Of a DNA stretch of 64,000 nucleotides, positions 57,035-64,000 are shown one piece after another. The notes beneath the pieces were generated by a model. That model did not search any database, had not been told where the DNA came from, and saw nothing but the letters and a program-made list of their open reading frames with translations. This DNA comes from Candidatus Eiseniibacteriota bacterium. Its GTDB lineage: Bacteria; Eisenbacteria; RBG-16-71-46; SZUA-252. The position numbers were made by a program, and so were the translations under genes. How positions within the stretch are numbered: the stretch's first letter is position 1; every line of letters starts with the position of its first letter. The stretch is from NCBI GenBank assembly GCA_963703225.1, contig OY969801.1, positions 128,001 through 192,000 of the forward strand, read 5' to 3'.

Positions 57035-60000
57035 ATGCGTCCATCGCACCCGATCCGCGCCGCACTCCACGCCGCGATCCTCTCCCTTGGGATCTTCACG
57101 GCCTCGTTTGCCACGGCCGCCCCCACGATGATGGCCGACGAGGTCATCATCAAGTGGAAGCCCAACGCCAGCGCCGCGGACGTCCGCGCCGTCATGGCCG
57201 ACCTCGGCGCGACCCGTGTCAAGACGATTCCGGAGCATCCAGGCCGAGGAGCAGCGGATCACCCGCTGGAGCGTCAGCGATGCCGTGAGCCGCTATCGCC
57301 ACCACCCCGCCGTCGAGTTCATCGAGCCCAACTGGATCGTACGGGCCGACGTCGTGCCCACAGACCCGCTCTTCCCCCAGCAGTGGAGCCTGCGAAACAG
57401 CGGCCAGACCGGCGGCACGCCGGGCGCCGACGTCAGCGCTGTCCCCGCGTGGGACGTCGAGACCGGATCTCCTGGCGTCGTGGTCGCGATCATCGACACC
57501 GGCGTCGACTACACGCACCCCGATCTCGCGGCCAACATCTGGAGCAACCCGGGCGAGATTCCGGACAACGGCCTCGACGACGACGGAAACGGCCTCGTGG
57601 ACGACGTCCGCGGCTACGACTTCTTCAACCTGGACGCCGACCCGATGGACGACAACGGCCACGGCACGCACGTCGCGGGAATCGCGGCCGCCCAGGGCGA
57701 CAACGGCATCGGAATCGCCGGGGTCGCCTGGAACGTGAAGATCCTGCCGCTCAAGTTTCTTGGCTCGGATGGCGGTGGGCCCATCTCCGCGGCCATCGAT
57801 TGCATCGAGTACGCGGTCTCCCAGGGCGCGCAGGTTCTCAACAACAGCTGGGGCGGATTCGAGTTCTCGGCCGCGCTGGAGCTGGCGGTCCAGCACGCGA
57901 ACGACGCCGGCATTCTCTTCGTGGCCGCCGCGGGGAACGACGCCGAGAGCCTCGACCAGTCCGATCACTTTCCGGCGAGCTTCCGGCAGCCCAACGTCAT
58001 CGCCGTCGCCGCCACGACCGATCGGGATGAGCTGGCGCCATTTTCCAACTATGGGCTCAACAGCGTCCCGATCGCCGCCCCGGGCACGAACATCCTGAGC
58101 ACCTTTCCGGGCGATGCCTATCAGGTGTTGAACGGGACTTCCATGTCCGCCCCGTTCGTCTCCGGCGCCCTGGCGGTTCTCAAGTCGGAATTCCCGTCGA
58201 TGACGGCCCCTCAGATGAAATCGGTTCTGCTCCATTCGGCCGACCCTGTGCCCGCGCTGGCGGGCCTCGTCTCGACAGGGGGCCGCCTCAACGTCGCCCG
58301 GATGCTCGCCGGTCCCGACTCGATTCCTCCCGACCCGATTCGCGACCTCCTCGTCGCGCGAGCGGAATCGAACCGGATGGTCCTCCGCTGGACGGCCACG
58401 GGCGACGATCGCGCGGTCGGCACCGCGGGGCGCTACGACGTGCGCTACGACGTGGCGCCGATCGACGATGCGTCGTTCGACCGGGCGACCGCGGCGGTCC
58501 TGGTCCCTGCGCCCAAACCGGCGGGGAGCCCCGAGGAATTCGCCCTCTCCGGGCTCCAATTCAGCACGACCTACTACGTGGCGGTGAAGGCGATCGACGA
58601 CTTTGGGAACACCTCGGCCATCTCGAACGTCGCGAGCGGCCTCACGACGGGCGCCCCCGACGTCGACGTGTCGCCTCTGTCGCTCGCCGACACGCTCCTC
58701 ACGGGCCAGTCGGCGGACCAGACGATCGTGATCCGAAACCTCGGGGTGGGGACGCTCGACTTCGTGGTCGACGCGGCCCCGCCCAGGCCCGCGCCGGCGC
58801 CGCGGCTGAGCGCCCCGCGGCCGGCCCCGCTCGCCCTCGCCAAGGGGCAGGAGGATCCCCGGGTGGGAGACCCGGTGGTGGATGGTCGCGGCGGCCCCGA
58901 CCTCTTCGGCCACGCGTGGATCGACAGCGACCAGCCCGGCGGGCCGATCTTCGCCTGGACCGATATCAGCGCGATCGGCACGCGGATCGAGGTCAGCGGC
59001 GACGACGAGATTTCGTTCTTCGTGCCGATCGGCTTCACCTTCCCGTTCTACGGCGGCATCTTCGACTTTGTGCGCGTCTGCACCAACGGCTTCTTCAGCT
59101 TCACCGGAGGCTCGGTCGATTTCCTCAATCAACCGCTCCCCGGCCCGGTCGGACCCGAGAACATGGTCGCGCCCTTCTGGGACGACCTCCTCTTCGACCT
59201 CAGCTCAGCGGCCTACTCCTACGGCGACGGTGACCGGTTCATCGTGCAGTGGGAGAACGTTTCGCGCATCGGCGGCGGCGGGCCCTACACGTTCCAAGCG
59301 ATCCTCTCTCGGGACGGGACGATCGTCTTTCAGTACCGGACGATGGGGGTCCCGGCGAGCGGCGCGACGGTGGGGATCCAGAATGGCTCACGCACCGACG
59401 GGCTCACCATCGTGTTCAATCGGACCTACGTGCACGACAACCTCGCGGTGCGCATCACCGCGGCGCCCCGCTGGCTCTCGGCCACGCCCGCATTCGGGAC
59501 GCTGGAACCGGGGCAGAGCGCGCCCGTCATGGTCCGCTTCAACGCGGCCAACCTCCCCGACGGCAGCTACGACGGGGCGGTCCGCGTCTCCAGCAACGAT
59601 CCCGACGAGCCGTCGGTTTCGGTCGCGGCCCGATTGAGCGTGGGCGGCGCGCCCGACATCGCGCTGGAGGGAGGAAGGCTCTCGTTCCTCGGCGTCCCCG
59701 TCGGATCATCCGATACGCAGTCGCTTTTCGTCACCAACCGCGGCTCGCTTCCCCTGGAGATCGCCGCGGTGACGGCCGCGCCCTCGGTGTTCCAAACGGA
59801 TGGCGGGCCCTTCACGCTCGGCCCCGGCCAATCGATGGAAGCGGCGGTCACGTTCCACCCCACGGCGCCGGGAACCGTCACGGGGGCGCTCACGTTCCAA
59901 AGCAACGACCCCGACGAGGGTGTGGCGACCGTCACCCTCTCGGGGACCGCCGTTCTCGCGCCCCAGATCGCGATCGAGCCCGCGCGCGTCGTCGCGGCGG

Positions 60001-61028
60001 TGCTGCCGGGGGATCGGACGCACAAGCGGCTCCGGCTGCGAAACAATGGCGGCGCCGACCTTCATTGGAGCGTCTCCATTTCCACCACGAGCGCCGACTC
60101 CGCGTGGGTCTCGATCGTTCCCGGTCAAGGCACGCTCGCCCCGGGACGGACGGCGCTGCTCGATGTGCGGTTCGATGCCCGGTCGCTCGCGGCGGGCGAT
60201 TACCCTGCACGGGCGTCGTTTTCGAGCGACGATCCGACGGCGCGCGTCGTGGAAGTCGACATCCTGCTCCACGTGGGGTCGGTCGGCGTGGCGGTGTTCG
60301 AGCTGGATCCGCAGACGCTCGACGGGAGGAAGCCCGGAGGCTGGGTCACGGCGAAGGTGGAGCTGCTCCCTGGGTACGACCCAGGGCGGGTGGTGCTCTC
60401 GACGGTCAAGCTCCTCGGCCGGGTTTCATGCGTCGACAGGGCGCTCCGCATTGGCGACTTCAACCGGAACGGGATTCCCGATCTCAAGTTCCGGTTCGAT
60501 CGGGCCCAGGTGCTGCGCGCGCTCCCGGACGGCGATCGCGAGGACGATCGCGTCGAGATCTCGATCAGCGGTGAGATCCAGGACTCCACCTACTTCAAGG
60601 GCAAGCAGACGATCCGCATGATCCACAGGCGCGGCCACTTCCGCGACGACGTCATCGCGGAAGAGCCGGCGATCGACCCACCGCGATGGGAAGCGGTCGC
60701 GTCGGTCGACGGTCTGGAAACCGAAATCGGGGCGGCGCCATCGGAATTCGCGTTCTACCAAAATGCCCCCAATCCGGTTCGCGCGGAGACGGTTTTCCGC
60801 TTCGACACCTCGGCTGCGGGCGGCGCGTCGATTCGGATCTTCGGCGTGGATGGGCGGCTGGCTCGCCAGTGGGATCTCGGCGCGCTCCCCGCCGGCCGCC
60901 ACCGGCTGCATTGGGATGGGAAAGGCGCGTCGGGGCAGCGGCTCGCCGCGGGGATCTACTTCAGCCGCCTCGAGGTTTCAGGCGCGCAGCGGCTCGAAGC
61001 CAGCCGGAGGGTCCTGCTGCTTCGCTGA
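57035..61028 (+). CDS. Secreted S8 subtilisin-like peptidase with FN3/Ig-like domains and FlgD-Ig-like C-terminal domain (frameshift near 57225)
   Basis: Signal peptide from ATG 57035; IIDTG, HGTHVAG, GTSMS triad; SNDPDE Ig-like repeats; QNAPNP...WDG...AAGIYF tail. Confidence 0.9.
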
Positions 61029-61043
61029 CCGGGTTCAACCCGA

Positions 61044-62651
61044 TCATGGCGCTCCGCGGCCGAACCGTCCCAGGAGTCTTTGGAATTCGTCCACGCGCAG
61101 AAGGGTGAGCGCCCCCGCGTAGACGACCGTCGCGGCGCCGAGCCCGGCGCAGACGACGAGGAGACGGGCCGGGAGCGCCGCGAGCCCGATCGCGCGTTCC
61201 ACGGCTCCGGCCGCGAGCCACGCCGCCCCGCCGGCGAGAACCGCCGCGACAAAGATCTTGGCCCCCGCCAGAGCGAGGGTCCTTCCGCCAATCCCCCCGA
61301 TCCGCGAGCGGAGCGTCCAGATCAGCAGGACGAAATTGAGGACCGATCCGATCGAGGTGGCCAGCGCCAGCCCCGCGTGGCGGAGCGGCCCCATCAGGAT
61401 GAAGTTCAGAACCACCGTCGTCCCGATGGTCACGAACGAGATCATCACCGGGAGCCGGGCCAGGCCGAGGGAGTAGAACGCCGGGACCATCACGCGGACC
61501 GCCGAGAATGCGGTGAGGCCCACCCCGTACGCCCAGAGCGCCCTCGCGGTCTCCACCGTGTCCGCGGCCGTGAACTTTCCATGCTGATAAAGGAGCGCGA
61601 CAATCGGCTTGGCCAACGCGACGAGGACCAGGGTGGCCGGGAGCGTGAGCAGGAAGACGAGCCGGAGCGAGAACGAGAGCGTCTCCTTGAGGTCGACCAT
61701 GTTCTTCTGCGCGGCGTGCCTCGCGACCTCGGTCAACGTCACCGTGGCGACGGCCACGCCAAAAAGGCCGATGGGGAGCTGCATCAGCCGGTAGGCATAG
61801 TTGAGCCAGGAGACGCTTCCTTCGACGAGCGTCGAGGCAAGGAACGTGCTGACGAAGTTGTTCACCTGGACCGCGGCGATCCCGACCGCGGCGGGCGTCA
61901 TCAAAGAGACCATCCGCAGGACGTCGGGATCCCGAAACGAGATGACCGGACGCCAGTGAAACCCCTGCGCCCGAAGGGCGGGGAGCTGGATGGCCAGCTG
62001 CCCCAGCCCGCCCAGGAGCGCGCCGACCGCCATCCCGACGATCGGCTCGAGGCCAAAGCGCGGGCAGAAGGGCGCGATCAGGTACCCCGCCGCGATCAGG
62101 CTGATGTTCAACATCGTGGGCGCGATGGCCGGGATGAAAAATACCCGCCTCGTGTTGAGGAAGCCCATGACCGCGGCGGCGACCGATACGAGGATCAAGA
62201 ACGGGGTCATGATCCGCGTCATGAGCGTGGTCAGCTCGAGCTTTCCGGGCACCGCCTCGAATCCGGGGGCGAGCGTGCGGACGATCCACGGCGCGGCGAG
62301 AATCCCGGCCACGCAGATCGCGGAGACGACCACGAGCAGGAAATTGATGACCAGGTTGGCCAGGCGAAGCGCCGCGTCGGGGCCGTCCCGCTCCTGGGCC
62401 TTGGTCAGCGTCGGGACGAAGGCGGCGCTCATCGCCCCTTCCGCGAAGAGGTCGCGCAGCAGATTGGGGACCCGGAAAGCCACCTGGAACGCGTCGACGG
62501 CGAACCCCGCGCCGAACTGCGCGGCGAAGACCTGCTCGCGGATCAACCCGAGCAGACGGCTCAGGAACGTGGCCGCGGAAACGATGCCCGCCGCGCGGGC
62601 GACCCTTTGGGCGCGTGATGGGGGAGGCGGCGGTGAGGGATCGGGGCTCAC
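61044..62651 (-). CDS. murJ: Lipid II flippase MurJ
   Basis: SRLLGLIRE, FRVPNLLRDLFAEGAMSAAFVP, YAYRLMQLPIGLFG. Confidence 0.96.
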   Translation of the reverse strand: MSPDPSPPPPPSRAQRVARAAGIVSAATFLSRLLGLIREQVFAAQFGAGFAVDAFQVAFRVPNLLRDLFAEGAMSAAFVPTLTKAQERDGPDAALRLANLVINFLLVVVSAICVAGILAAPWIVRTLAPGFEAVPGKLELTTLMTRIMTPFLILVSVAAAVMGFLNTRRVFFIPAIAPTMLNISLIAAGYLIAPFCPRFGLEPIVGMAVGALLGGLGQLAIQLPALRAQGFHWRPVISFRDPDVLRMVSLMTPAAVGIAAVQVNNFVSTFLASTLVEGSVSWLNYAYRLMQLPIGLFGVAVATVTLTEVARHAAQKNMVDLKETLSFSLRLVFLLTLPATLVLVALAKPIVALLYQHGKFTAADTVETARALWAYGVGLTAFSAVRVMVPAFYSLGLARLPVMISFVTIGTTVVLNFILMGPLRHAGLALATSIGSVLNFVLLIWTLRSRIGGIGGRTLALAGAKIFVAAVLAGGAAWLAAGAVERAIGLAALPARLLVVCAGLGAATVVYAGALTLLRVDEFQRLLGRFGRGAP

Positions 62652-62776
62652 GGGGCCGCATCCTCGTCCGTGGTCTCCCCCTTGTCAAGCAGTGGAGCCG
62701 CAAGCGGCTCCGGGCGGAGCAGATCGGTCGGCGCGCAATCCACGCAATCGTCGAGAACCTAGGGGCGGCCGGGGTT

Positions 62777-62785
62777 TGATATAAT
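62777..62785 (+). promoter_or_regulatory. Extended -10 sigma70 promoter
   Basis: TG-A-TATAAT, a perfect match in an intergenic region. Confidence 0.65.
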
Positions 62786-62858
62786 AGTGTTGTGGCCCGG
62801 GCTAAAGGCCCGGGGCGTCGGCTTCGAGGCGGGGCACCCACCCACGGGAGCGACATCC

Positions 62859-63119
62859 ATGAGCCCGAACGACCAGGATAAGGAAAGCGTCGAGCGCCTC
62901 ATCGCGGAGACCAACCTATCGGCCCGCATGGATTCCCTGATCGGGGAGATCTGCGACAAGCTTCGCGAATACGGAGTCGCGTCGCCCCACAAAGCGTTCA
63001 ATGATCTGGTCGATCCGTTTCGCGAGTACTTCATGCTGGAGTACGAGGAAGAGCGCGGGCTAGAGGACGCCGACGAGGAAGTGGGGGACGACGAGGAAGA
63101 GGACGAGCGCAGCTACTGA
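62859..63119 (+). CDS. Small acidic hypothetical protein (86 aa)
   Basis: GGGAG SD, upstream promoter, typical codon usage, Asp/Glu-rich tail. Confidence 0.7.
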   Translation: MSPNDQDKESVERLIAETNLSARMDSLIGEICDKLREYGVASPHKAFNDLVDPFREYFMLEYEEERGLEDADEEVGDDEEEDERSY

Positions 63120-64000
63120 ATTCTCGACGGCGGGCGTCGGGGAGTGCCCCCGGGCACGCCGGTCGGGTCCTCGGACAGGCGCCTCAAGAGCGCCAGATTT
63201 CTCCGATCCATCACCACCCCGTCGCGCCCCTTCGGGGTCTCCAGTATCTTCGGTATCGCTCGGAATCTCGGATCCCGCATGAGCCGCGCGAAGGGCTCGA
63301 TTCCAAGCCACCCCTTCCCGATGTGCTCGTGCCGATCGACGTGGCTGCCCCGCGCGTTCTTCGAATCGTTCACGTGGAAGAGTCGGAGGTTTTCGAGCCC
63401 GAGAATGGCGTCGAACTCGGCAAACGTCTCCTCCCACCCACGCTCGCTCGTGAGGTCGTAACCCGCCGCATGGACGTGGCACGTGTCGAGGCAGAACTGG
63501 ACCAGGTTCCGCCGGGTCACCCCTTCCCGCATCCGCGCCAGCTCCTCAAAACGCCGCCCCAAGGTCGTGCCCTGTCCCGCGACCGTTTCCAAGAGAAGGA
63601 TGACGCCGGGCGCCGGGCATTGCTCCCTCGCCAAATTCACCGACTCCGAGACGCGGTCGCACCCGTCCCGGACGCCGCTTCCCATGTGGGCGCCCGGGTG
63701 CGCCACCAGGAGCGGGATCTGGAGCGCCTCGCACCGGCCAAGCTCCTCCGCCAGGGCCCCGATCGACCGGCGGCGGAGCACAGGGTTGGGCGATGCGAGG
63801 TTGATGAGGTAGGAATCGTGGGCGGCAACGGCCGCGATGCCGCTGGCCTCCCAGCGCTGCCGGAACGCCGCGGCTCCCTTGCCGGTCAGCCGTTTCCCCT
63901 TCCACTGGCTGGCATTCTTGGTGAAGACCTGGAGCGCCCGGGCCCGGACCAGGAGGGCCCGGTCGATCGCGCTCTCCAGGCCGCCGGCCACGCTCATGTG
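63113..64000 (-). CDS. nfo: Endonuclease IV (start lies beyond window end)
   Basis: HMSVAGG, HDSYLINL, HPG, LETVAGQG, CLDTCH, HVNDSK..DRHEHIG, ILETP. Confidence 0.95.
   Translation of the reverse strand, partial: HMSVAGGLESAIDRALLVRARALQVFTKNASQWKGKRLTGKGAAAFRQRWEASGIAAVAAHDSYLINLASPNPVLRRRSIGALAEELGRCEALQIPLLVAHPGAHMGSGVRDGCDRVSESVNLAREQCPAPGVILLLETVAGQGTTLGRRFEELARMREGVTRRNLVQFCLDTCHVHAAGYDLTSERGWEETFAEFDAILGLENLRLFHVNDSKNARGSHVDRHEHIGKGWLGIEPFARLMRDPRFRAIPKILETPKGRDGVVMDRRNLALLRRLSEDPTGVPGGTPRRPPSRIQ

Noticed and set aside
1..64000. CRISPR arrays, tRNA/rRNA, transposases, integrases, prophage or defence genes
   Set aside because: No spaced direct repeats, cloverleafs or relevant protein motifs recognised; intergenic gaps are short and accounted for.

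Overview
High-GC (roughly 68-70% by eye) bacterial chromosome segment, mostly housekeeping genes: sucAB, SSADH, ABC-F, acpS-nnr, glnA, tlpA-ccdA, glgP/malQ, murJ and nfo. A diderm envelope (Omp85) and an S8 protease with a FlgD-Ig-like C-terminus suggest an uncultured FCB-related lineage such as Ca. Eisenbacteria; this is inference only. I saw no rRNA, tRNA, CRISPR array or transposase. About 14 single-base frameshifts across 9 otherwise intact genes look like long-read assembly errors. The best candidate for an undescribed system is at 9.4-17.4 kb: an exported metallophosphoesterase, a POTRA-less Omp85 barrel, an exported protein with atypical kinase-fold motifs, and a TLC/Npt1 (ATP/ADP translocase-like) transporter, followed convergently by a second TLC-like MFS+HEAT protein. 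Together these could form an extracytoplasmic phosphorylation/dephosphorylation module with its own ATP supply. Other highlights: a sigma54-driven 20-aa hydrophobic micropeptide unit missed by the ORF track; mirror-image ECF promoters sharing a palindromic -35; a DapF with both catalytic Cys replaced by Ser; a double-domain ThyX; and recurrent leaderless gene starts.
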